A stretch of 64,000 nucleotides of DNA, taken from the NCBI GenBank assembly GCA_009841255.1, contig VXMD01000035.1, positions 4,453 to 68,452 of the forward strand, written 5' to 3'. Positions 18,819 through 28,207 of the stretch are shown here, in pieces. Every line of letters begins with the position of its first letter. The first letter of the stretch is position 1. Source of the stretch: Candidatus Poribacteria bacterium (GTDB lineage: Bacteria; Poribacteria; WGA-4E; WGA-3G). The translations under genes and the position numbers were made by a program. Under the pieces are notes generated by a model that was not told the DNA's origin, did not search any database, and worked only from the letters and a program-made list of their open reading frames with translations.

Positions 18819-19433
18819 AAAATAAACGGAATAAGTCATATAAGACTTGAAAAAAATAACGCAGTAAGTCTTGATGGATGGACCCGTTTACTGACGATTG
18901 GAGACAAGACATGGCAAAATTATACCATCGAAGTCAAGGTTAAACCACTTCAAAAACACGGTCGCGGAAGTTTAGTGGTTGCGGCGCGAATCAATGAAAC
19001 TTGGCTAATGTTCTGCGAGATTGGTGACGATTTGTTCCCTGAATCAAACGCAAATTGTCGTGTCGGCGATTTCCACGACCTCGTCACAGTCATCCTCTAC
19101 CTTGAAGCTCATCCACCTTTGAGACTGGACACTTGGTATATCCTGAAGTTGAGTGTTAAGGGAGGGACCTTCATTTTTTGGGTAAACGATACAAAAGTTG
19201 TTGAAACTGGACAGGACTTCATTTTCAGGCACGGTGGTCGAGAATTCATTAATCAGAAGGCGGGTAATTTGGATCACTTTCTTACAGGAGGTGTGGGCTT
19301 TGGTCTTACAAGTTATACGGCGAGATTTGATAATATTATCATTACTGGTAAAGGTATCCCAGACAAGGGGAGATTGTCAGTAATGCCCGGAGCGAAGCTT
19401 TCCACAACATGGGGAGATCTGAAGGATTTTTAG
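18819..19433 (+). pseudogene. 5'-truncated DUF1080 (LamG-like jelly-roll, 3-keto-disaccharide hydrolase-like) remnant that ends in the KLSTTWGDLK tail
   Basis: The frame is open from 18819 with DUF1080-like sequence (DGW...W..Y..E). It has no signal peptide and no canonical start before the GTG at 18975. The C-terminus is GAKLSTTWGDLKDF. Confidence 0.45.
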
Positions 19434-19584
19434 AGAAGTATATTGAGGAACACCTATTAGGAGCGATCTCCCGGTCGCGATTCTTAAGTTTGTCTGAGTC
19501 GCGTATGAAAAAGGCGGGGTTACAAATCCCGCCAGCAAAATATATTATCACTCGTGTGGTTTCCCAATCACACTAAGAATATCC

Positions 19585-20670
19585 CTAAATCTCCGGCACT
19601 CTCACCGCAACCTCTTTCCCCGCCGCATGTGATCGGAAAATACCGTCCATAATCACGTTCGTGAGCAGAACACCCTCCGGTGGTATCGGCGACGGAGCGT
19701 CCGCTTTGATGGCTTCACGGAACGCTCTCATCTGTGCTGCCCAGTTATCTTCTTCTGGAAATCCTGAAAACTGGATCGTTGTCATCCCTTCCGGTGGGTC
19801 CGGTGCCGCTGTTAATCCCTCCGATTCGACAAACCGTTTGAGATCACCGGCATACGCATCGGCGTAAATAACCGGTCCATTCAACGAGAATCCCGCTTTC
19901 GTCCCGAGATGGAAATTGCCACCGAGGGAGTCCTGATGCACTGCCCAGGATATCTTGAACACCATGACACCACCATTCTCAAAGCGCACCCACGCCGCAC
20001 CGAACTCTTCGACGTCCATGATACCCCGAAACCTCGGATCTTGCATTGAGATGTAATCCTCGGTGATGGCAGAAACCCGCACCGGCTTCGGATACCCCAT
20101 CGCATACAGTGAAGCGTGCATGTTATAGACACCGATATCGACGGTGGCACCCGCGCCCGCTGTCTTTTTGTAGATGAACGTATGCCCCGGATTCCCGCGT
20201 CGCCTGCACCCCGCAGATTCAGAGTAGTAGATATCGCCGAATAATCCCGCATCGAACGCCTTTCTTAAGAATTGGAGTCTCGGACTAAACGTCGGATTGA
20301 GACCGATTTGTAAGATTTTACCGGATGCCTTTGCTGCGCGGACCATGGCGGTGGCATCAGGAAGCGTCGCCGCCATCGGTTTTTCACAGAGGACGTGTTT
20401 ACCAGCATTCAACGCCGCAACCGTCGGACGCCGGTGCCCTTGATTGTAAGTGCAGACACTCACAGCATCAAGCCCGTCCATTTCGAGCATCTTGTTATAA
20501 CTTGAAAAAGCGTTCTTTTTCGGGACACCCCACTCTTCAGCGGCTTGGTTCGCTTTACTTTTGATGATGTCGCAGACCGCGACGATCTCGAAACCACCGA
20601 CTTTCTCGTATGTGCTCTGGTGTGCACGTGAAATGCCACCTGTGCCAATAATACCGACTCGGACAGTCAT
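19585..20670 (-). CDS. Gfo/Idh/MocA-family NAD(P)-dependent oxidoreductase (tandem paralog A)
   Basis: The Rossmann N-terminus is VGIIGTGGISRAH and the EKP motif is present. Its 361 aa are about 80-85% identical to the neighbouring gene. Confidence 0.9.
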   Translation of the reverse strand: MTVRVGIIGTGGISRAHQSTYEKVGGFEIVAVCDIIKSKANQAAEEWGVPKKNAFSSYNKMLEMDGLDAVSVCTYNQGHRRPTVAALNAGKHVLCEKPMAATLPDATAMVRAAKASGKILQIGLNPTFSPRLQFLRKAFDAGLFGDIYYSESAGCRRRGNPGHTFIYKKTAGAGATVDIGVYNMHASLYAMGYPKPVRVSAITEDYISMQDPRFRGIMDVEEFGAAWVRFENGGVMVFKISWAVHQDSLGGNFHLGTKAGFSLNGPVIYADAYAGDLKRFVESEGLTAAPDPPEGMTTIQFSGFPEEDNWAAQMRAFREAIKADAPSPIPPEGVLLTNVIMDGIFRSHAAGKEVAVRVPEI

Positions 20671-20692
20671 GCTGTTTTCTCCTTGTGCTTTA

Positions 20693-21778
20693 TTAAATTT
20701 CTGGTACGCTCACTGCAACCTCTTTCCCCGATTCATGTGAACGGAAGATGCCATCCATGATGACGTTTGTGAGGAGCACGCCCTCCGGTGGGATCGGAGA
20801 GGGCGCATCCGCTAAGACGACTTCCCGGAATGCGGTCATCTGCGCCTCCCAGACATCGACCTCTGGGAATCCTGAGAAACGGATCGTCGTCATTCCTTCT
20901 GGCGGGTTCGGTTCTGCTGTCAATCCTTCCGATTCGACCAGTTTCTTGAGATCGTCTGTATACGCATCGGCATAGACGACCGGTGCGTCCAAGGAGATGC
21001 CCATCTCTTTACCGAGGCAGAAGCTCGGACCGAGTGAATCCTGATGAATCGCCCAAGAGATTTTGAATACCATCACGCTCCCATCTTCAAACCGGACCCA
21101 TGCGACACCGAACTCTTCAACGTCCATGATACCGCGGAATTGTGGGTCCTGCTGTGAGATGTAATCCTCGGTAATGGCGGAGACTCGCACCGGTTTCGGG
21201 TACCCCATCGCATACAGCGAATTGTGCATATTATAGACACCGATGTCTACGATCGCACCCGCGCCCGCCGTCTTTTTATAGATGAACGTGCGTCCCGGAT
21301 TCCCACGGCGTCTGCCGCCTGAGGACTCGGAATAATAAATATCGCCCAGCAATCCTTCGTCGATCACCTTCTTAGCGAATTGGAGTCTCGGATTAAACGT
21401 GCTATGGAGTCCGATCTGCAAGATTTTGCCCGACGCTTTCGCTGCGCGGACCATCGCTGTGGCATCAGGAAGTGTCGCCGCCATCGGTTTCTCACAGAAG
21501 ACGTGCTTGCCGGCGTTCAACGCCGCAACCGTTGGACGCCGATGTCCTTGGTTGTAGGTGCAAATACTCACAGTGTCGATTTCGTCCATCTCAAGCATTT
21601 TGTTGTAACTGGTGAAGACGTGTTTTTTCGGGACACCCCACTGTTCAGCGGCTTCATTTGCCTTGCTTTTGATGATGTCGCACACTGCGACGATCTCGAA
21701 ACCGCCCACCCTGGCGTAAGTCCGCTGATGCGCACGTGAAATACCGCCTGTGCCAACAATACCGACTCGGATAGTCAT
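20693..21778 (-). CDS. Gfo/Idh/MocA-family NAD(P)-dependent oxidoreductase (tandem paralog B)
   Basis: It has the same architecture and length as 19585-20670. Confidence 0.9.
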   Translation of the reverse strand: MTIRVGIVGTGGISRAHQRTYARVGGFEIVAVCDIIKSKANEAAEQWGVPKKHVFTSYNKMLEMDEIDTVSICTYNQGHRRPTVAALNAGKHVFCEKPMAATLPDATAMVRAAKASGKILQIGLHSTFNPRLQFAKKVIDEGLLGDIYYSESSGGRRRGNPGRTFIYKKTAGAGAIVDIGVYNMHNSLYAMGYPKPVRVSAITEDYISQQDPQFRGIMDVEEFGVAWVRFEDGSVMVFKISWAIHQDSLGPSFCLGKEMGISLDAPVVYADAYTDDLKKLVESEGLTAEPNPPEGMTTIRFSGFPEVDVWEAQMTAFREVVLADAPSPIPPEGVLLTNVIMDGIFRSHESGKEVAVSVPEI

Positions 21779-21905
21779 GTTCTGATCCTCTCATAAACGG
21801 AGTTGAATTGCTAAATGAGTTTAGACGAAATCGGTTTGCAATGCAAGGGAAAAATATGATATACTTCAAGTACATATTCTATATGGTGACGGAAAGGAGG
21901 ATATC

Positions 21906-22547
21906 ATGAGTATTAAAAAACGTTATCACGATTTGCAAAAAGCGAGTCAAATACACCTCGGTTGGCAATGGCTCTTACCATTGCGCGGTGCCGATGCGTA
22001 CCACTTAAAATCGTTACGTATTCCTGATACCGACGAACAATGGGATTTTGATGGTTTGGTGTTAAGCCTTGTCAAGGTACTGATTGATTCCTTGAATGAA
22101 GAATCGCTGAAAAAACTGATTCCTTATGAGAAGCGGGAAGTCCTTAAAGATAAAAGCGGTGTTGCCCTCCTTGAAGATGTCTTGTATTTGAACTGCCTTG
22201 AAGGTGCTGATGTTCATATAGTTTTTCTACGGAAACTAGATAGCCTTCGTTCAAGTGGGGGTGCACAGGGAAAAAGGCAAAATTATTTAAAAATAGCGAA
22301 TCATTTTGGCGTTGAAGATCAGAGTCTACAACACGTTTTTGTCAATACCTTAAACAGTGCCTCGGATGTACTTGATTACTTCATTATCCTTGTAAATAGC
22401 GGACGGATCCGTGAAATCTTTGAAAAGAATCAGATGGAGGCAGGATACGCTATTCTGGATGAGATGATTGGAATGGCACCATCTGATCGAACTGATGGCT
22501 CTGTCAACCACGACGAAGTTATCTATGAATTGCAGTCAAAACCATGA
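21906..22547 (+). CDS. Hypothetical 213-aa protein translationally coupled to the downstream PIN gene (possible antitoxin or partner)
   Basis: It has a strong ribosome-binding site (GAAAGGAGG). Its stop overlaps the start of the next gene (ATGA). Confidence 0.4.
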   Translation: MSIKKRYHDLQKASQIHLGWQWLLPLRGADAYHLKSLRIPDTDEQWDFDGLVLSLVKVLIDSLNEESLKKLIPYEKREVLKDKSGVALLEDVLYLNCLEGADVHIVFLRKLDSLRSSGGAQGKRQNYLKIANHFGVEDQSLQHVFVNTLNSASDVLDYFIILVNSGRIREIFEKNQMEAGYAILDEMIGMAPSDRTDGSVNHDEVIYELQSKP

Positions 22548-22876
22548 TTTTTGTTGATACCGGTGCATGGATTGCTATGCTTAATCCGAACGATCAGTAC
22601 CATCGTGAAGCTGTAGCAATTTATAGACCCTTTCGGCAGCAGAAAACTCAGTTTTTAACCACAGATTATGTAATTGATGAGACTGTCACTCGCCTCAGAT
22701 ATGACACGAACCATTCGATAGCAGTTATATTCTTGGAGCGTATTGAGCGGCTTGTGGAGACAGGTGTTCTAATCCTTGTAGAAATTGATAACCGCATATT
22801 TCGGGGAGCGATAGCACTGTTTCGCCAGTACGACTCTGCACGGTTGTCTTTTACCGATTTCGATGATGGGAATTGA
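22544..22876 (+). CDS. PIN-domain (VapC-like) protein
   Basis: MIFVDTGAWIAMLNPNDQYH...LTTDYVIDETVTRL...SFTDFD places the acidic residues as in PIN domains. Confidence 0.65.
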   Translation: MIFVDTGAWIAMLNPNDQYHREAVAIYRPFRQQKTQFLTTDYVIDETVTRLRYDTNHSIAVIFLERIERLVETGVLILVEIDNRIFRGAIALFRQYDSARLSFTDFDDGN

Positions 22877-23010
22877 TCTGTGCCGGTAGCCTATCTTGCC
22901 TTTTATTTTTTCCCAAAAGATGATCCACTTTAGCCCCGACCGTCGTCCCTCTATAAGGAGGTGCTCTGTGTACGCCCGCTTGCGGTACTGGTTATGGAAG
23001 TTTAAAGGAC

Positions 23011-24378
23011 TCACACACTATAGCGTGTGAAAGATAGAAACGCCCCCGTAAAGAAGACGAGGTTGAATAGAAACAGTAGTAGGATATCCAAACTGGCTTT
23101 GGCGAACGAGGTGGGAAAATCGGAGGGGGTCTCGTCAAACTTTGGAATTTTATCCAAACTTATCTGAAACTCCGACAATTTCTGCCGCTTCGCATCTGCA
23201 AGAAAAATATTGGGATTGAAAGGGTATTCTTCGTATGTGAACTGTAGAAGGCTGCGCCGATATTCGATAGCCTGCTTAAAAAACCGTTCGTAATGTTTGA
23301 TGCCGGTACCCACCAACGTCTCACAGCCGATCTGATAGATCGCCGTTGGGGATATACGGGATATATTCTGGGCGAGTTTCACTTGATGGAGTTGTTGGTT
23401 GCGATATTCATTGTAGATCGCTTGCTGAGCATCGGCGATTTTAGCGGAGCGGGTCAAGGGTTCGCCTCTCGACCAGGTCCGGCTAAATCTACCTTCACCG
23501 TACCGCTTACGGATCTCGTGCATCGTATCATTTGCCCGTCTGGCTATCGTTCCCTCATCGGGGAGTTCTGCCAGTCGACTCGCCAACAATCCACCTGTCC
23601 TCGGGATAAATACCGCGAAACACACCCAAACCAAAAGGAGTAGGACGAGGCTGACCGATGAACTTCTCGTTAGGCAGGAAACCAACAGCCCAAGTGTGGC
23701 GAAGACAGAGATATAGAGAACTGAAAACAGGACAACGCCTCCAATCTGTAGCCAATAGGTCGATTCAAAGGGCAGAACGCCGAAAAGGGCGATGATGAGC
23801 GTGTTCATGCAAACCCCGAGGATTAAAGGAATCGCCAGGCTGATGATTGTGCCGACGTATTTCCCGAAGAGCAGAGTTGCACGAGGCAGCGAATTAGAGA
23901 GACACAGGCGGAGCGTGCCTGTCTCCGCCTCGCCTGAGATGCTGTCATAGGTCATCGCAAACGCCGCGAAACTCAGAATGACGCCGACGGTAAAAACCCA
24001 ATCCAATGCGTCAAACCTCTGGAGCGTGTAGTTTCTCCGCAGGATTGTTTGCGGACCAACAAGTTCAAACGCATCCACTTCAAAGGCATTCGGCAGGTCT
24101 TTTTCGTGTCCTTCAGCGATAAATCCTAATGGACTTGGCGAACGATATATCAACAGGTTTGCACTGGCAACCTCGTGTAAGTTTTTCTGCGCCTTCTTTT
24201 CCAGAAGATCCAGATTTTCGCTGACATTTTCACGGTAATCTGCAATCTGTTGGCGGTAATCGTGGATGTATAGCACGCTTCCCGTCAACATTAAGATGAT
24301 GACAAGCACCAACGTCAGCGCAAAACGGAGGCTTTGTAGATGGTCTAAAAGTTCTCGCCAGATAATTTCACGTAGCAT
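23011..24378 (-). CDS. ABC-2-type transporter permease-like polytopic membrane protein
   Basis: An N-terminal transmembrane helix is followed by a large extracytoplasmic loop and a C-terminal transmembrane bundle. It pairs with an upstream paralog. Confidence 0.55.
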   Translation of the reverse strand: MLREIIWRELLDHLQSLRFALTLVLVIILMLTGSVLYIHDYRQQIADYRENVSENLDLLEKKAQKNLHEVASANLLIYRSPSPLGFIAEGHEKDLPNAFEVDAFELVGPQTILRRNYTLQRFDALDWVFTVGVILSFAAFAMTYDSISGEAETGTLRLCLSNSLPRATLLFGKYVGTIISLAIPLILGVCMNTLIIALFGVLPFESTYWLQIGGVVLFSVLYISVFATLGLLVSCLTRSSSVSLVLLLLVWVCFAVFIPRTGGLLASRLAELPDEGTIARRANDTMHEIRKRYGEGRFSRTWSRGEPLTRSAKIADAQQAIYNEYRNQQLHQVKLAQNISRISPTAIYQIGCETLVGTGIKHYERFFKQAIEYRRSLLQFTYEEYPFNPNIFLADAKRQKLSEFQISLDKIPKFDETPSDFPTSFAKASLDILLLFLFNLVFFTGAFLSFTRYSV

Positions 24379-24382
24379 TTTC

Positions 24383-25921
24383 TCACCTCACCTCGCTTTT
24401 CAGGAACAGCGCTCCGGTAATCAGAAATAGTAAAACGTTGAGAAAAATCAGATAGACTAAATCCGGGAGAGCACCTCCGAGAACGACGTTTCCGCACGTG
24501 GGTCCGCTGGTAAAGACGGGCATGCCACTTAAGTCGAGCGGTTCCACGTCATCCCATTCTTTCGGTGTGAGGTTTTCGAAAAACGCCTCTTCGTCCGAGT
24601 CTACGCGTCCGGCTTGTGAGGGCATATCGTTGAGATCGACGGGCGTGAACCAGCCGATACTTGAAAAAGCGCCCTGTTCCTGCATGTATGCCATCAGTGC
24701 TTTTCGGTAATCCTGTGCTTGCTGGATGAACCGCTCATGCCGTCTCAAATCCGTACCAGACAGACCCGCGGAGATGTTGTAGTAAACCCACGCCGGAGAA
24801 AGTCTGGAGAGGTTTTCAGCCAGAACAGTCTGTCTTTTCAGCGAACGGTAGTATTCCTGATGGAGGTTCCCTATCTGCTCGGCGTATTCAATGCGCTGTG
24901 GAATATAAAATCGGGCACCGTCGAGATACCAGAGCATTGCTTCTCTGGATGCCGTTAGCACTTGGAAAGCGAATGGCAGATTGCCGCTGACCACACCGTA
25001 TCCCGTTGCAAAATACGCGCTACTTCGATGCTTTGCGCCGTAATCCATGACTTTCTCCCAAAATGCTGTCTCGATTGCCGCTCGTTCTATATTAACCACC
25101 GATTTGGAGGGTATCGGTCGAATCTGCTTCGCGACATACACCGCCCCGTTTGGGATGATGAACACAATCACAATCCAGAGGAATAGCAACCAGACGAGTG
25201 CCCTCGCTGACCGATGGGTGATTGCTGAAACCAGCATTGAAAGCAGGAAAAACACGGAAAGGTATAACGCCAAAACCGCGAAGAGTCCGACGAACCGGTT
25301 CCATTCAGAGATGCGAAATTCTATCATCGGGTTTGCGTTTATCAATATAGCCGTGGCTATCCAGCCGACCGCGAGTGGTACGAGGAGGCTCGCCATCCCG
25401 CCGACGTATTTCCCAATCAGGATATGGTATTTCGACACGGGGTTTGATGCCACGAGTGCGAGGGTTCCGCTTTCACGTTCACCGCAGATGACATCGTAAG
25501 CGATGGAAATCACGAACAGGCTGAACGCAATCTGCACCATCAGCACTGCGTCAACAGCGGAAAAAACGTTCAGAAGCGGGTTGCCACCGCCGAGGATTTT
25601 CGCCTCTGTGGGGACATCTTCGTAGGAAACTTTTACCGTGCTTCCGAGCTGCCGCTCCATTCCTAAGCAGATAACGCTTAAGGGTTCAGGCGGTTTTGCT
25701 ACGTCCATCCTCAGATGCGAATACACCTTCACCGCCTCAAGCGCGTTCCCGTGTTCTATCTCTGCCGCATTATGGACGCTGAGTCGCTTCTCGTAATCCT
25801 CCATCAGGACATACGTACTGGCGACGAAAAGCGCGAGACAGATGACCAACCCTATGAGTAGACGGAGGGAGAGGATGTTCTGTGTGAACTCTCTTTTGGC
25901 AATTATCCAGATGGGGGACAT
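24383..25921 (-). CDS. ABC-2-type transporter permease-like polytopic membrane protein
   Basis: It has the same architecture as 23011-24378. No ATPase gene is adjacent. Confidence 0.55.
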   Translation of the reverse strand: MSPIWIIAKREFTQNILSLRLLIGLVICLALFVASTYVLMEDYEKRLSVHNAAEIEHGNALEAVKVYSHLRMDVAKPPEPLSVICLGMERQLGSTVKVSYEDVPTEAKILGGGNPLLNVFSAVDAVLMVQIAFSLFVISIAYDVICGERESGTLALVASNPVSKYHILIGKYVGGMASLLVPLAVGWIATAILINANPMIEFRISEWNRFVGLFAVLALYLSVFFLLSMLVSAITHRSARALVWLLFLWIVIVFIIPNGAVYVAKQIRPIPSKSVVNIERAAIETAFWEKVMDYGAKHRSSAYFATGYGVVSGNLPFAFQVLTASREAMLWYLDGARFYIPQRIEYAEQIGNLHQEYYRSLKRQTVLAENLSRLSPAWVYYNISAGLSGTDLRRHERFIQQAQDYRKALMAYMQEQGAFSSIGWFTPVDLNDMPSQAGRVDSDEEAFFENLTPKEWDDVEPLDLSGMPVFTSGPTCGNVVLGGALPDLVYLIFLNVLLFLITGALFLKSEVR

Positions 25922-25972
25922 CTAAAAGCCTCCGGTTAGTGGTAAAAAAAGCAAGCCGTTCAGGTTGCGAAT

Positions 25973-26308
25973 CTACTCATCAAGTCCTTCTTGTGTTGGT
26001 ATTTTCTGTTTGGCAGCAGTTTCAAACACTGACTGAAGATTCGCCAGAGATGTCGCGATTGATTCCAAAGCCTCTACTTCTCGGATCCGAAGTTCAGCCT
26101 CCTCCGAGGCAGATAACTCGACTTGGTTTGGTTCAGTCTCGTCTGACGTAACCTCGTTTGCCTTGGTCTCTCTTGGCGCAGGGGTGCTAACGGAAAGGTC
26201 ATTGACGTATCTGGAACGCAAATGTATTTTGAGCGTCTCCTGTAGTTCAATAATCTCTGGATCATTTAGGGCTTTCTCAACCACACTGAGTTCCTTCCTA
26301 CTTATCAC
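25973..26308 (-). CDS. Hypothetical acidic 111-aa protein
   Basis: This is an ORF with no recognisable motifs. It lies in the same orientation and operon context as the upstream NTPase gene. Confidence 0.35.
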   Translation of the reverse strand: MISRKELSVVEKALNDPEIIELQETLKIHLRSRYVNDLSVSTPAPRETKANEVTSDETEPNQVELSASEEAELRIREVEALESIATSLANLQSVFETAAKQKIPTQEGLDE

Positions 26309-26357
26309 CAGATTTGCTTGCGGTTTTGGACCATGGATAGGTATTACTGTTTAATTA

Positions 26358-27530
26358 TCATGTTTCTCGATCTAACTCATTTTTTTCTATTTTTATCACG
26401 TACGCTGGATCGATAATGCTCTTTCCCACTTCAAAGTGTTCATCACCAAGGGCTGTGTTAATAGCGTTACGGCATCTTTTATTGATGTTACGAGGGGTCT
26501 TTTTCTCTAAACCTTCCAGAAGCATTTGCAAGGCTGTTGGATCAAATGGATAAGTCAAAGGTAGCTGTTCTGGCAGAGATCCATCTCGGTACTGCGGGTG
26601 CTTGAGAAGCTCCTCTACATATTCGATTGCTTCATCCACTTCTAGTTCTGGAAAGTAGATGACATCAGTGACACGATCTAGTAAAGCACCACCTAAAATT
26701 GTCTCAAGATCCTCATACTCTTCAGGATCCGCAAGGGTCATATTAAGACAAAGGGTGAAATAGTTTGGCAGTCGATCGATCATGTCGCGGAGACCTTGTG
26801 ACACGATGCGAAACTGGGCTGAGGTCAAATAAATCAGATCCTCCATTTCATCAATCCAAAGACAAACGCGTGAAGGGTAAAAAGTTTCGCGATGTGAATC
26901 TAATCCAATTAAACATTGCAGAATACCTGCTAGCACGCGAAATCGATCTTGTGATTTGGTAATATTCCGTGCAATGCCAAGTTTTCTTAATTCAGCTCGA
27001 GTAACGCCTTCCAAAAAATAAGAGCGTAACAAAGCTTGGTTCTCATTGGCCTGCTCTGTTCCCAATAGCCAGAAGGCACGCGCAAGTTCTTCACTATCAA
27101 GAACCCTATGAAGTAAATCCAATGTTTCATCTTCTGATAAATTACCAATGGCATCTCTGATAATTCTGTGGACATGTCTCATTCCAAGCGTATCCAGAAT
27201 ATCAATGTAAAGATCTTCAGCAGGCTTTCCGAGTTCCTTTGGCACGCAAACATTGATTTGAAAAAAGCGATCTTTACCTGCAAGGGACTGAGGCAGATTT
27301 TCCTTATTTCTAAAGTAAAGTGAGGCGTGGGTTTTGCCACCACCCCAAGGACCTTGGTTAAGGATTACCTGAGTAGCAGAATCGGAGAGTGCGACTTCAA
27401 AGACCTCCTCAAATCGTTGTTTTACTTGCTTCATTCCTGCCCAAACAATTTGTTCCGCTTCGGTTGGTGGTGTCAAATCAAAAGGGTTTTTTTTCAAAAA
27501 TACAAGGTTCCAATCAAATTTGCCAATCAT
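26358..27530 (-). CDS. AAA+/ORC-Cdc6-like P-loop NTPase (defense-island component)
   Basis: The Walker A motif VILNQGPWGGGKTHA and the Walker B motif VCLWIDEMEDL are present. The protein is 390 aa. Confidence 0.6.
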   Translation of the reverse strand: MIGKFDWNLVFLKKNPFDLTPPTEAEQIVWAGMKQVKQRFEEVFEVALSDSATQVILNQGPWGGGKTHASLYFRNKENLPQSLAGKDRFFQINVCVPKELGKPAEDLYIDILDTLGMRHVHRIIRDAIGNLSEDETLDLLHRVLDSEELARAFWLLGTEQANENQALLRSYFLEGVTRAELRKLGIARNITKSQDRFRVLAGILQCLIGLDSHRETFYPSRVCLWIDEMEDLIYLTSAQFRIVSQGLRDMIDRLPNYFTLCLNMTLADPEEYEDLETILGGALLDRVTDVIYFPELEVDEAIEYVEELLKHPQYRDGSLPEQLPLTYPFDPTALQMLLEGLEKKTPRNINKRCRNAINTALGDEHFEVGKSIIDPAYVIKIEKNELDRET

Positions 27531-27532
27531 TA

Positions 27533-28207
27533 TTAACTCCTTATGTTCGCATAGGGTGGTAATTGGGAGAGAGTTTCATTAATTTTTTTTAATTTGCTAT
27601 TATAGCATCTTAATCTTTTTGCTGGAACGTCATTTTTGGTTTTACCACCTATACGCCCGTTGATGTCTTTTAAGGCAGCCTCAGCTATTTGAGAATGGAA
27701 TCGGTTCCTGTGTCTGGCAAAAAGATACAGCACAAAGTCAAGAGATGACCAAATTTCTCCAATCCGAAAATTGTTAAACACTCGAAACAAAGAACCATCT
27801 CGTTTTGGATCAGTCGTTTTCAGTTCATTAGTTAAAAAAATGACTTGACGATATCTACCGCTTAAAATTGCGTCTAGTGCAACACAGCAATTATGACATT
27901 CCCCTTGATTTTCGTTACCGTTCAACTTTATATCGAAATGCTGGACAAAAGCCTCCTCCAATTTTTTCAACTTGCTCTCTTGCCCTCTGAAACTCCACAC
28001 CGATTTTTTACATTTGTTTTCCATTCCAGTATCATTTAAATCAGGATGGTCGTGCAATTCGTTGCAGATCGCTTCGCTTAATTGAACATCAAATTCTTCC
28101 CATAGCCATAGCCATAGTTTCTTGTTTGCCACATCAATATCACGCATGTGAATCAATGAATTTGTGTCTGGAATGCACAATAAGCTTGACTTTTTTCTTC
28201 TACTCAT
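27533..28207 (-). CDS. PIN-like putative nuclease
   Basis: LLCIPDTNSLIHM (first-strand Asp), a later E, VALDAIL and IFLTNE match the PIN acidic-residue spacing. The assignment is by pattern only. Confidence 0.4.
   Translation of the reverse strand: MSRRKKSSLLCIPDTNSLIHMRDIDVANKKLWLWLWEEFDVQLSEAICNELHDHPDLNDTGMENKCKKSVWSFRGQESKLKKLEEAFVQHFDIKLNGNENQGECHNCCVALDAILSGRYRQVIFLTNELKTTDPKRDGSLFRVFNNFRIGEIWSSLDFVLYLFARHRNRFHSQIAEAALKDINGRIGGKTKNDVPAKRLRCYNSKLKKINETLSQLPPYANIRS

Noticed and set aside
19395-19424. The KLSTTWGDLK tail as a DNA-level repeat or mobile-element terminus
   Set aside because: The three copies differ by synonymous substitutions (ctttcc/ctctcc, acaaca/acgacg, ggagat/ggcgat/ggggat). 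Conservation is therefore at the protein level.
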